Source: a candidate division FCPU426 bacterium (GTDB lineage: Bacteria > Oederibacteriota > Muellerivitia > Muellerivitales > Muellerivitaceae). Taken from it: a stretch of DNA of 64,000 bases. Positions within the stretch are counted from its first letter, which is position 1; every line of letters starts with the position of its first letter. The translations under genes were made by a program, and so were the position numbers. Positions 30,882-40,598 of the stretch are shown one piece after another. A model generated the notes under the pieces. That model ran no database searches, was not told where the DNA came from, and saw nothing but the letters and a program-made list of their open reading frames with translations. Location: positions 1-64,000 of the forward strand of contig CAWCKJ010000010.1 of assembly GCA_963796105.1 (NCBI GenBank), given 5' to 3'.

Positions 30882-31840
30882 GTCTTTTCACCCCATGAGG
30901 AACTGAGCTTCATGGCGAAGGGGATCCCGAGCAAGGAGGGGCAAAGAGGACTCGCCACCACGAGCAAGAACGAAAAGGACACCAAGTCGGAATAAGAGAC
31001 GAGTGCGGACGAGAAAAAGAGGAACAAAGATGCCTCCCGGGTCCCGAAGCCGAGAATGGTGATCGGGAGGAATTCTATCAAAATGACGATAGGCAAAAGG
31101 AGGGTGATTTTCGTGAGAGAGATGGGAATGCCCAGCGCCAGGGCGGAAAAATAACCCCGGATGATGACCGTGACCCAGGCCGCAAGGGAAAGTCCGAAGG
31201 GCAAGGCGATTCGGGAGGGGTGGAACAAGCTCAAGAGCTCCTTGTAGAATTCCCGCCCGTGGGCTTTCAGCTTCTCGGCGAGCTGTTTGGGAGCCAGGAA
31301 AAGCAAAAGGGGCTTCAAGATGTATTCCATCCACTTTGGGTTGAGGAAAAGCACCATGAGCAGGATGCCCAGACCTAGACCCAGAAGCGCTGCTTCCGCG
31401 GGGGCCTGGTGCTGGTTCTGAAGAATCAGTGTGATGAGCCCGATAGCCGCGAAAAGACCCAAGGCCAGAAGATCAAAGACTTTATCCGCCACGTGAACGG
31501 CGAAAGCCGCGTGGGGCCTCAGGGAACCCCATCGCATGATGCCCAGAACCCGCACGATATCCCCCAACTTTGCCGGGGTAAGCGCGGAAATAGGCTGTCC
31601 CGCGAGATATATCCCAACGGCGTTTTTAACCGAAAGATTGGAATTAAAGGTTCGGGACATGGCCGCCAGCCGGATCCCCTTGAATATCACTTCCGGAATA
31701 AGGAACAAGAAAGACATCGCCACCCAGAATGGACTTGCGGATTTCAAAAGCCGCACCGCAGCGGAAAGGTCCACCATTCTTAAAAGGACGATGAAAAGGA
31801 CTAAACCCATCAAAAAGGCGTAGGAACTCAAGCGTCTCAT
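30878..31840 (-). CDS. Lysylphosphatidylglycerol-synthase-TM (UPF0104) flippase-like membrane protein
   Basis: TPAKLGDIVR, DKVFD, LPITILGFGTREA. Confidence 0.85.
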   Translation of the reverse strand: MRRLSSYAFLMGLVLFIVLLRMVDLSAAVRLLKSASPFWVAMSFLFLIPEVIFKGIRLAAMSRTFNSNLSVKNAVGIYLAGQPISALTPAKLGDIVRVLGIMRWGSLRPHAAFAVHVADKVFDLLALGLFAAIGLITLILQNQHQAPAEAALLGLGLGILLMVLFLNPKWMEYILKPLLLFLAPKQLAEKLKAHGREFYKELLSLFHPSRIALPFGLSLAAWVTVIIRGYFSALALGIPISLTKITLLLPIVILIEFLPITILGFGTREASLFLFFSSALVSYSDLVSFSFLLVVASPLCPSLLGIPFAMKLSSSWGEKT

Positions 31841-32109
31841 GAGATTATAAATTCTCTTTTTTATTTATTTTAGTTTCATCAATCCCACTTTTTTAACAAC
31901 AAATTGACTGATTGTGCGTTTTTTTTTACGCCTTGTCCAGACCCATGAAAATATGTGCTGTAATCTAGTATATATGCTGAAAGGGCGGGAAAGCTTGTAT
32001 TTCCGACGATACCAGATACTGGTTGTAAGGCGAGTAAAATGTTATCTTGTTGGCTCTTAGGGGCAGTCATTTCAAGCCGGAATCAATTTCTTTCCTTAAA
32101 GGAGAGTCT

Positions 32110-33114
32110 ATGGCGGTATTGAATTCGAAAAAAACAAATAGGGCAAAAGGGGCCGGCAAAAACACGGCCCGTCGGAAGACGTCCAATCATTCCAATTGGA
32201 TCTGGATCATTATCGGAATTGGAGTGATTCTAATTGCGGACTTTGGAATTTATTTCAAAAAACAATTTTCCTCATCCATGGTTTATTACGTAAAGCTTGT
32301 GGGGAGTTTTAAGGGTGAAACTCAAACTTGCGGTGCTTTTTCCCCATGGGATATTACCTCCGGGAAGAATTGGATCGCCTTAAGCGATCAAGGGCATGAT
32401 CGGGTCCTCATTTTTGACCGTGATGGGAATTTGAAGAATGAGATTACGGAAAAACAAGCAGGAACCCCTAAATTCAAGGAAATATCCGGCATCACCAGCG
32501 ATTCCCAGGATCAGATTTATGTAATGGATACATGGAATGCCTTGATTCGCGGTTTCGATTTGAGTGGTAAACCAACACCACAGGTGAATTTGACGAATAA
32601 AGGTTTTTTCGGGGCAAGGGGGTTAACCTGGAGCAATGGTTTCTTTTATGTGGCTGACACTGGAAGCCACCGGGTGGTGAAAGTCTCCAGTCAGGGAGAT
32701 ATTATCAGCCAATGGGGAAAACAAGGAAGCGCCAATGGATTGTTTATGAATCCCACCGCCGTGAAAAGCGACCGAAAGGGATTTTTGTATGTCGCTGATT
32801 TAGATAATCATCGCGTCCAATGCCTGGACAGCAACGGAAAATTCATTCGAGCCTATGATGTCGGCTCAAAGGTTTATGGCACTGCCGTAGACCCCCAGGG
32901 CCTTGTTTACGCGACGGCGCAAGATGATAATTTCGTGAAAGTTTTCGAGAACGACGGCAAATATCTTGGAAAAGTGACGGATATCAGCCATAAAGAAGAC
33001 CCGATGCGGGAGCTTTCCGCTTTGACCATCGCTGATAACGGGGACATTATCGCCTGCCTACATAAGGATGAAGTGGTGGTTTTGCGTCCGGTTCCGCCGA
33101 CTCAGGTGAAATAA
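32110..33114 (+). CDS. Membrane-anchored NHL-repeat beta-propeller protein
   Basis: Basic N-terminus plus TM; YVADTGSHRVVK and YVADLDNHRVQ repeats; GGAG RBS. Confidence 0.85.
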   Translation: MAVLNSKKTNRAKGAGKNTARRKTSNHSNWIWIIIGIGVILIADFGIYFKKQFSSSMVYYVKLVGSFKGETQTCGAFSPWDITSGKNWIALSDQGHDRVLIFDRDGNLKNEITEKQAGTPKFKEISGITSDSQDQIYVMDTWNALIRGFDLSGKPTPQVNLTNKGFFGARGLTWSNGFFYVADTGSHRVVKVSSQGDIISQWGKQGSANGLFMNPTAVKSDRKGFLYVADLDNHRVQCLDSNGKFIRAYDVGSKVYGTAVDPQGLVYATAQDDNFVKVFENDGKYLGKVTDISHKEDPMRELSALTIADNGDIIACLHKDEVVVLRPVPPTQVK

Positions 33115-33239
33115 CCAGCTTTATACCCGGAACAACTCGGATTAATATTTACCGTTTTGGGCGAAACCGGGAAAAGTTTGCCTAAAAATCCTCGGCTTTT
33201 TAAAGTGAGCCATAGCGACTCAAAATCCGGTGAAAATGA

Positions 33240-34049
33240 ATGAAACGGGAGGATATTTTTTTGTCAAAAACGAGAGCGGATTTTTTCAAGGATTATCTTT
33301 CTTGCCGTTCGGTGGCCAACGCGCTTTGGCGTTCATTCGAGTGCGAGAAATTTTCGGAGGAAAGAATAATCGATCCGGTTTTGGACGCTGGGTGCGGGGA
33401 TGGCTTTTTCGTCCACACGACGTTCAGGAAGACCCTGGAGGCGGGTGTTGATTTAAGCGAAGGGGAATTGAAATTGGCGGAGAAAAGCGGATGCTACTTA
33501 AAAACCCACCGCGCCGATATTTTAAAAATGCCTTTCCGAAAGAACGCGTTTAAAACAGTCATCAGCAATTGCGTTCTGGAACACGTGGTGGATATCGACT
33601 CGGCTCTGGGTGAAATCTCCAGGGTTTTAAAGCCCGGCGGCAGGCTCCTGATCACGGTTCCAAGCGAGTATTTCAACACCTGCTCGATTTTTCAAAATTG
33701 GCTGGAGGGCCTGGGTCTGCGGTATCTCTCCCGGAAATACATCGAAAGCCTGAATAGGGTTTTTAAACATCATCATATTGATTCCGCCTTGACCTGGGAA
33801 AGAAGGATGAAAAAAGCCGGGCTTCGACTGGAAAAAAAGGAATATTTCGTTTCCATCCCCGCTTATCACGCCTACGAATTATGGCTCATCACCTCATTGC
33901 CCTCAAAGATATGGAAGGTCCTATTCGGGAGGTGGACCCTTCTTCCCCGTTTTTGGATAAAATGGATTATTCCGGAGCTCATGAACGGAGTTTTGTGGGC
34001 TGAGACCAAGAAGGGCGCGGCTTATTTTATCGCCGCGAGGAAGATCTAG
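33240..34049 (+). CDS. Class I SAM-dependent methyltransferase
   Basis: VLDAGCGDG, SNCVLEHV, RVLKPGGRL. Confidence 0.9.
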   Translation: MKREDIFLSKTRADFFKDYLSCRSVANALWRSFECEKFSEERIIDPVLDAGCGDGFFVHTTFRKTLEAGVDLSEGELKLAEKSGCYLKTHRADILKMPFRKNAFKTVISNCVLEHVVDIDSALGEISRVLKPGGRLLITVPSEYFNTCSIFQNWLEGLGLRYLSRKYIESLNRVFKHHHIDSALTWERRMKKAGLRLEKKEYFVSIPAYHAYELWLITSLPSKIWKVLFGRWTLLPRFWIKWIIPELMNGVLWAETKKGAAYFIAARKI

Positions 34050-34055
34050 CGAACA

Positions 34056-35126
34056 GTGCCTGAACATAAAGTCGTAAAACGTTGGCGCCATCCCGCGTTT
34101 TTGGTGTTTTTTTTGGGGGGAATACTGGGCGCCGCCCTGAACTTCTGCTTCACGCTGTCCTTTTCCATCGTTTTTTCCTGGAATCCCATTTTGGCTTTTT
34201 TCATTGGAACATTATTGAACCAAATGTTTCATTACATCTATTACAACGTGGTTTATGTGAACCGCGAGATTCAAATGAAGACCTCGCCCGTTATTCATGT
34301 TTTATTGAGTCTATTTGTTTCCGCCGCGAGTGCCGCGCTTTTGTTCTTTTTCCTGGAAATGAGGTGGAATTTCCCCTGGGCCTTGGCCGCCAGCCTTTTC
34401 ATTCTCGCGATTTCAAACTCGCTGGTGAACCGGATCTCGACCTTCAGCTCCGCTCAAATGGCCGAGGTGGAATACCGGGAAATGAACGAGAGTTATTATG
34501 ACGATTATACGGATCGGAACAAAGTAAGCCGGTTCAGGGCCTGGTACCACCGGTCGCGTTATGAAAGGCTGACCCGTTTCGTTTCCAAGCATTACAAAAA
34601 CGGCATGGAACTCGCCGACCTGGGATGCGGCAATTGTCTCTGGAATGTGGAGGGGCTGCCGGTCTTCGGCGTGGATATCAACACACAAATGCTCTCTTGG
34701 GCGGAGAAGAAAAAAAGGATCAAGGGATTCAAGGTTTGCGATGATTTGGCGAAAACCGGCCTGCCCTCCCGAACATTCGACGTCGTTTTGATGTCCGAAA
34801 CCCTGGAGCATGTATTCGACCTGGAGGAAGTTCTGAATGAGGTGAAACGCATCCTGACGGATGACGGGACATTCCTGATGACGGTGCCCTATGATTTTTT
34901 CCTGGGCCCTTTCTTCATTCTCTTCAATTTGAATTGCCTGTATATGGGTTACCTGCGCGGAAGCCAGTATCACAAATACCGGTGCGGCCATATCCATCAT
35001 TTCACCAAAAACCGTTTGAGAAAAGCACTCGAGACGGCCGGTTTTAAATTGACGGATATTTTCGTGGTGAATGGGTTGCTTCTTTACGGAACCGCGAAAA
35101 AGGCGGATTTGGCTGAAATGCCTTAG
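34056..35126 (+). CDS. GtrA-like 4-TM domain fused to class I methyltransferase
   Basis: N-terminal four hydrophobic helices (FFLGGILGAALNF); C-terminal ADLGCG and SETLEHV. Confidence 0.7.
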   Translation: MPEHKVVKRWRHPAFLVFFLGGILGAALNFCFTLSFSIVFSWNPILAFFIGTLLNQMFHYIYYNVVYVNREIQMKTSPVIHVLLSLFVSAASAALLFFFLEMRWNFPWALAASLFILAISNSLVNRISTFSSAQMAEVEYREMNESYYDDYTDRNKVSRFRAWYHRSRYERLTRFVSKHYKNGMELADLGCGNCLWNVEGLPVFGVDINTQMLSWAEKKKRIKGFKVCDDLAKTGLPSRTFDVVLMSETLEHVFDLEEVLNEVKRILTDDGTFLMTVPYDFFLGPFFILFNLNCLYMGYLRGSQYHKYRCGHIHHFTKNRLRKALETAGFKLTDIFVVNGLLLYGTAKKADLAEMP

Positions 35127-35181
35127 CTATTGAATCCCGTTCAAAACGCCTCCGCTGACGATTCAACGGTTCCAATCGCCG

Positions 35182-35850
35182 TTAACTCCCGGCTTCCAAA
35201 CGGTATTTCGCGAAAGCGGCCTGGGCATCCAGGTTGGAGGCGTCCCTGAGATCCTGCCATCTTTGCAGGTGGTCAGGGTAGTCCAGGTCCCGAAGGGTCA
35301 TTTCCGTAAGGCCGTCATTGAACTGGAATTCCTTATAGTGAACTTGAGGCCCCAGGGGCTGCTTGTCCTGGGAAGGGGTCTTGTCCCAACGGCGATATTG
35401 CCTCTGCCAGTCATCCAAGGGGATGGAATTCGCCTCTCCCCCTTCCCAAGTCGCGGATAGGAAATAAAGCTGGTTCTTGAATAAAAGGAGGTCCAAGCTG
35501 GAGGCGCCCGTCAAGCCGCCCTGCTTGTCGATCGTGGCGATCTTAAAAAGGGGATCGTCATTAAAGGGCCTGATTTTTTTCTTTAAATCGGGAAATTTCT
35601 GAAGAAGCTGGTCCCAGGTCATTCCCATGGAAATGCTCAATACCTGGCGTGGCAGGGGAATTTTGGGCCCGGCAAAGAGATCCTTGAAAACCCCCGAACT
35701 CCACAGGATTCCCACCAAGAGGATCGTAAAGAGGAGACCTCCCGCCAGCCATACTTTCCATCGGGGAGTTTGAATCACCGGAGGGGGAAGAGTTTTAGGT
35801 GCGGACTCCCTTTTTTTAGGGGTTGCTGGCTGCCGTTTGGGGCGTGGCAT
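35182..35850 (-). CDS. Hypothetical single-pass membrane protein
   Basis: Basic/Pro-rich N-terminus, one TM, soluble domain; overlaps the radical SAM stop. Confidence 0.6.
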   Translation of the reverse strand: MPRPKRQPATPKKRESAPKTLPPPVIQTPRWKVWLAGGLLFTILLVGILWSSGVFKDLFAGPKIPLPRQVLSISMGMTWDQLLQKFPDLKKKIRPFNDDPLFKIATIDKQGGLTGASSLDLLLFKNQLYFLSATWEGGEANSIPLDDWQRQYRRWDKTPSQDKQPLGPQVHYKEFQFNDGLTEMTLRDLDYPDHLQRWQDLRDASNLDAQAAFAKYRLEAGS

Positions 35851-37354
35851 CGTTTATTTTGCTTTCCGGGAGGGGATCCCCATAATCTTGGACGTGGCCC
35901 AGCAGGGATTGCAAACCCCGCCATAAGAGATTCAACTCCCTAAAGGATCTAACAGTGACTAATTGCCTGAAGATAAACTTCGGGTTTTTCATGAGATTCC
36001 AAGTCTTGGCGGTCCAGTAACTCGCGTTGATCTGGGTCTTCAAGATCGGATGGCTCATGTCGTATTTCTCGTATTCCTTTTCTCCCACCAGGATCCAGCC
36101 CTTACGGACGGCTTCCTTCCAAAGGGGGGCGCCGGGGTAGGGAATCACCACGGAAGCCTGCATGCAGTCTCCCGCCCTCACTTTGTAAAGAAGAAGGTCC
36201 TTGGTGACCTCGTAAGTCCGGCGGACATCCTCCTCCGTCTCCCAGGGATAGCCCATCATGGTGGTCAAAAGGACTCTGAGGCCCCTGTCTTTGGCCATTT
36301 TAACCCCGCGACTGATTAAATCAACCGTTTCGCACTTGGCCAAGTGCTTGATGCTGCTGTCCGTGCCGGCTTCCAACCCGATCTTCAACAAGCGCCAGCC
36401 GCATTTGACCAGTAGATCCACGACCTCCTCGTTGAGGGTGTCGGCCCTGCAGTTGGAGGAGAATTGGAACCGGCCCAGGAGTTTGCGGGCCTTCAGTTCC
36501 TCATGAAAGTCCCGGAGCCACTGGGCATTGTTGATGGGGCCGGATTCATTGTCGTCGAAAAATTCCCAAATCTTGTATTTATTGACGCAGATTTCCATTT
36601 CGGCGGCCACGTTGGCGGGGGACCGCAGCCGCGCGGTCCTGTTCCAAAGGGCGTGCTGCCAAATGCAGAAGGTGCAAAGACCAACGCCGCCCCCTGATTC
36701 CTTCGGGGCGCCGCAGCCGCGTCCGGTCAGGATATAGGCGGTGGGCTTCAAAAGATAAGCCTCGCCGTAATCCTGGGTGCGGGTCAGCACCCGGTCGATA
36801 AAAGGCAGGGAGTCCAATTTTTCCTCGAACTTGTGGGGACCGGTCGTGGCGGCCTTGCCGTCGGCTCCCCGAAACCAGAGTCCCGGGCCCAAGGCCGTTT
36901 TGCCTGAAAGATGTTCAACCAGGTTGCGGCCGACGATATCGTAATCCCCGCCGGTCATGACGTAATCGACATTCGAGTTTAAAACGGACTCCTCCGGGAA
37001 AAAGGAGACGTGGTCGCCCATCAGGACGGTTTTAATGCCGGGATAGCGTTTTTTCAATTCATCAATATATTTCCAGTGGCGGTAAAGAACCGGGGCTTTC
37101 GTTTCCAGGAAGACGATCTCGGGGTTGAACGCGTCCAGGTGGGAATCATATTCCGCGTCGCTCATCCTGCGGTTGATCCCATCCAGCCAAAGAACCTCGT
37201 GTCCCAAGTGCTTCAGGTTGGTGGCCAAGTGCCCGGGAACCAGGGGGAATATCCGGACCTCGAGGGACTTTGAAAACTTCATGTGGCGGTTTTGGGTCAA
37301 AAGCGGGAATTCCCCGTCTTTCCGGAAGGGGGGGTAAAGGACGGCTGCTTTCAT
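35816..37354 (-). CDS. B12-binding radical SAM protein
   Basis: B12-type N-terminal domain, LDSLPFIDR, GRGC-X12-CTFC, RSPANV, FFDD, IGLEAG, GYPWET, PYPGAPLW. Confidence 0.9.
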   Translation of the reverse strand: MKAAVLYPPFRKDGEFPLLTQNRHMKFSKSLEVRIFPLVPGHLATNLKHLGHEVLWLDGINRRMSDAEYDSHLDAFNPEIVFLETKAPVLYRHWKYIDELKKRYPGIKTVLMGDHVSFFPEESVLNSNVDYVMTGGDYDIVGRNLVEHLSGKTALGPGLWFRGADGKAATTGPHKFEEKLDSLPFIDRVLTRTQDYGEAYLLKPTAYILTGRGCGAPKESGGGVGLCTFCIWQHALWNRTARLRSPANVAAEMEICVNKYKIWEFFDDNESGPINNAQWLRDFHEELKARKLLGRFQFSSNCRADTLNEEVVDLLVKCGWRLLKIGLEAGTDSSIKHLAKCETVDLISRGVKMAKDRGLRVLLTTMMGYPWETEEDVRRTYEVTKDLLLYKVRAGDCMQASVVIPYPGAPLWKEAVRKGWILVGEKEYEKYDMSHPILKTQINASYWTAKTWNLMKNPKFIFRQLVTVRSFRELNLLWRGLQSLLGHVQDYGDPLPESKINDATPQTAASNP

Positions 37355-37397
37355 GAGGACCTCTTTGAAAATGGAGATGGAAAACGATCAAGTAAAT

Positions 37398-38381
37398 TTA
37401 TCTTCTGGCCCTGTAATAATCAATGGTATGACCCAAACCTTCTTTTAGGCTCACCTGCGGTTTCCAGCGGAGCCTTGCTTTTGCCTTTGAAATATCGGGT
37501 TTTCGCCGGATGGGATCGTCCTGGGGGAGGGGTAAATGTTTTATTTTGAGCCCGGATACCCCGCAAAGCCGCGAAACCAACTTGGCGAAGTCGCGGATAT
37601 TGGTTTCCTGGGGATTGCCCAGGTTGAATACCTCGCCCATGGTTTTTTCCCCGGAGATGGCAGCCCAGATCCCGCGAACCAAGTCGGTGACATAACAAAA
37701 ACTCCGGGTCTGGGAGCCGTCTCCGTAGATGGTAAGGGGCCCGCCGTTCAACGATTGGTTGATCAAGTTAGAGACGACCCGGCCGTCGTTTTCATTCAGG
37801 CGCGGTCCATAGGTATTGAAAATCCGGATGACGCGGGCATCCACCCCGAATTTGCGGATGTACTCATAAACCAATGCCTCGCCGAGTCTTTTGCTCTCGT
37901 CATAGCAGGACCGGGGGCCGAAGGAATTGACGTTGCCCCAATAGGTCTCAGTCTGGGGGTGGACATGGGGGCTTCCGTATACCTCGGAAGTGGAGGCGAA
38001 CAGGAACTTGGATTTCCTTTTCCGGCAATATTCCAAAAGTTGAAGGCAACCCATGGAATTGACCAGGATGGTATCGATGGAGTTCTTCATGTAACCCTCG
38101 GGGGAGGCGGGGGAAGCCAGGTGAAAAATATAGTCGGCTTTGGGGAAGAACCGGGGGAACCCCCTCCTGAAATTGCCGAGAAATCTTGGCAGGCCCTTGA
38201 TCACGTCGCGTTTGACGAACCGGAAGCTTGGGTGGCCCTTGAGATGCTGTATGTTTTCCATCTTGCCGGTAATGAGGTTGTCCACGCAAATCACATGGTG
38301 GCCCAAGCTGATCAGAAAATCGCAAAGGTGCGAGCCGACGAAACCGGCTCCGCCTGTGACGATGGAATAAGGTTTTTTCAT
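37398..38381 (-). CDS. UDP-glucuronate decarboxylase (UDP-xylose synthase)-like extended SDR
   Basis: TGGAGFVGSHL, HLASPASP, ASTSEVYG, YWGNVN, RSCYDESKR, RIFNTYGPR, DGRVVSN. Confidence 0.9.
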   Translation of the reverse strand: MKKPYSIVTGGAGFVGSHLCDFLISLGHHVICVDNLITGKMENIQHLKGHPSFRFVKRDVIKGLPRFLGNFRRGFPRFFPKADYIFHLASPASPEGYMKNSIDTILVNSMGCLQLLEYCRKRKSKFLFASTSEVYGSPHVHPQTETYWGNVNSFGPRSCYDESKRLGEALVYEYIRKFGVDARVIRIFNTYGPRLNENDGRVVSNLINQSLNGGPLTIYGDGSQTRSFCYVTDLVRGIWAAISGEKTMGEVFNLGNPQETNIRDFAKLVSRLCGVSGLKIKHLPLPQDDPIRRKPDISKAKARLRWKPQVSLKEGLGHTIDYYRARR

Positions 38382-38523
38382 AAAAGCTCGCGTTTCAGGA
38401 CGATGTTGTCTAAAAGCGGTGAAAGAGTTTTAGCGAATTGATTTTCTTTGACCATGGGGTTTTCATGGCCGTGAGAAAGTGAAGTTTAACATAGACGAGG
38501 TGGGCCCGCCAGAAAAAGCAGGA

Positions 38524-39696
38524 TCAGCGGATGGGATAACCGGCCCCGCCATAAGGATTGACGTCAACCTCGGTGGGGGTGGGCGGAATCGGGGTCGGGG
38601 TGTTAGGCGTAGAGAGATCCTTTTTGGGTCTTAAACGGATTATGACGTTGTTTTGTACGTCCGTGATATAAAGACGGTTTTGGGAGTCGCTGGCGATGCC
38701 CCTGAAACGGGGCGAGAAGTTCTCGTTCAGGATTTCATCCTTGGCCCGCCAAAGGCTCAAGAACTCGAAATCGCCGTTCCGGCTGTTATAGAAATCCACC
38801 ACTCCGCCCACTCCATCGGGAATGGCCCCGATCCCTGAGGGGGTGACCGCCACCCCCGAGGGTTCCTTGAATTGGTAGGGCCCTTCCCCGTACCAGCCTT
38901 GGACGGTTACGGGGGCAAGGTTGGTCGAGGCGGAGGATTGGTCGTTAAATACCTCCATCCTGAAATTTCCCGTGTCAGCCACGATGGCCTGGTCGATGTT
39001 ATTCAAGGCGATGCCCCAGGGGAGATTCATGAAACCGGGCTGGGTTCCATAGGAACCCCAGGTGAAATTAAAAACCCCCATGTTGCTGAAATTCTGGACC
39101 CGGGAATTTCCCGTATCCAGGACCCAGATATTCCCGTAATGGTCCTTGAGGATGGTATGGGGTGTGTTGAATTGGCCATTGGCGTTGCCTTGGCTTCCCC
39201 AAGTGGAGACTACTAAGCCTTTCTCATCCAGCACCACGACACGGTTATTCAAGGTGTCGGAGACGAAAATTTTCCTCGGGGGAAGCACCAAAAGGGCGGT
39301 CGGGTGGTTGAATTGGGGGGGGTTCCTCCAGGTGGCGGAGGTTCCGAAGGAGCCGTAGGCCGTGATGGGCTTGCCGTTGGTATCCCAGACCAGGATCCGG
39401 TTGTTGGCGGTATCTGCGATGTAAAGCAGGCCGTCGGGGCCGACAGCGACCCCTTCCGGAATGTTCAATTGGTTGATGTCCGTCCCCTTGGAACCCCACA
39501 TGGCGTCGAAAACGTAAAGTTTCTCCCCGGCCCAGGGCGTGGGAGTAGGTGTTTCAGGGGGTGTTTGCGTGGGGGTTTCCGTTTCGGTAGGCAATGGGGT
39601 GGGGGTCGGATGATGCTTGGCCTGGGTATAACCGGGAAGGAAAAAGCCTGAAATTAAAATAGTGAAAAACAGGGAATTAAAAATCTTCGTTATCAT
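38524..39696 (-). CDS. Secreted NHL-repeat protein with Pro/Thr-rich termini
   Basis: Signal peptide, PTPTP repeats at both ends, repeated ADT(A/G)NxR motifs. Confidence 0.85.
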   Translation of the reverse strand: MITKIFNSLFFTILISGFFLPGYTQAKHHPTPTPLPTETETPTQTPPETPTPTPWAGEKLYVFDAMWGSKGTDINQLNIPEGVAVGPDGLLYIADTANNRILVWDTNGKPITAYGSFGTSATWRNPPQFNHPTALLVLPPRKIFVSDTLNNRVVVLDEKGLVVSTWGSQGNANGQFNTPHTILKDHYGNIWVLDTGNSRVQNFSNMGVFNFTWGSYGTQPGFMNLPWGIALNNIDQAIVADTGNFRMEVFNDQSSASTNLAPVTVQGWYGEGPYQFKEPSGVAVTPSGIGAIPDGVGGVVDFYNSRNGDFEFLSLWRAKDEILNENFSPRFRGIASDSQNRLYITDVQNNVIIRLRPKKDLSTPNTPTPIPPTPTEVDVNPYGGAGYPIR

Positions 39697-39874
39697 AATG
39701 AAGTTTATGCTATCGGGGGTTCAGGCGCGGGTCAACCTAAAAGGATTACGGGATTGAGCGCATTTTCTTAAAGAAAGGAAGAGGCGGGCCTTTTTAACTA
39801 GTCAGACAGTGGAAACGCGATGAATGAGCTTGGCCCTTAGCCGGCTAAACTCGCTGCGAATGAAAAGTTTAAAC

Positions 39875-40360
39875 TCAGGCGCCTTCCATCCGGCTTTGGC
39901 AATTGATACAGCGGGTCGCCCAAGGAATGGCTTTCATTCGGGCCATGGGAATGGATTTTTTGCAGACTTCGCAAGATCCGTAAGTCCCGTCCGTCATATG
40001 CGAAAGAGCCTTCTCAATCCTCTCCAACTCAATCCGGTCGTTTTCCATCAGGGTGAGGGAAAGGTGCTGTGTGAGTTCCCCGGAGCCGTGATCCGCCATG
40101 TCGCCCGGTACATTTTGGTTGTCCGCGATTTCCTCGCGGAGGTCCATCTCAAGATGATTGACCTGGCCGGTAATCTCATTGCGGCGGTCCTGTAATTTCT
40201 TGAGAAGGGGAACATAAGCCGGGTCGATTTTAAGTCTTTTCTTCGGGGCTGGTTTTACCACGGCTGTTTTGGGAGCTGATTTTGCCGCCGCTTTCGGGGC
40301 TGGTTTTTTGGTTTTTTTCGCGGAACTTTTCGAGGATGTCTTTTTTTTGGAACGAGCCAT
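39875..40360 (-). CDS. DksA/TraR C4 zinc-finger protein
   Basis: DMADHG coiled-coil tip; YGSCEVC...RMKAIPWATRCINCQ. Confidence 0.9.
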   Translation of the reverse strand: MARSKKKTSSKSSAKKTKKPAPKAAAKSAPKTAVVKPAPKKRLKIDPAYVPLLKKLQDRRNEITGQVNHLEMDLREEIADNQNVPGDMADHGSGELTQHLSLTLMENDRIELERIEKALSHMTDGTYGSCEVCKKSIPMARMKAIPWATRCINCQSRMEGA

Positions 40361-40429
40361 GGTTCCCTCCGGGTGCTATTAAAGTGGTCTAAAGCGCTTG
40401 CGATGAAATGGATGTTGAAAAGGTATAGA

Positions 40430-40458
40430 AGATTATCGAAGGCTCTCTGAACTGTCAA
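40430..40458 (-). promoter_or_regulatory. Sigma70-type promoter for dksA-like gene
   Basis: Minus strand TTGACA - 17 bp - TAATCT. Confidence 0.55.
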
Positions 40459-40598
40459 GAATAAAGGAAATCTTTATTATCCGGAGGCTGTGGAATCGCT
40501 GACCGGGAAAAAGCCGGGCCATCCTGTTTGAAAATGGCCTACAAAGGCTCATTCGAACGGCCTATACTTAGAGCAACCTTAAAATAAAGGAGCGCCTC

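Noticed and set aside
37536..38441. 301-aa plus-strand ORF
   Set aside because: Antisense shadow of the UDP-GlcA decarboxylase with no recognisable motifs; the same applies to most short overlapping ORFs
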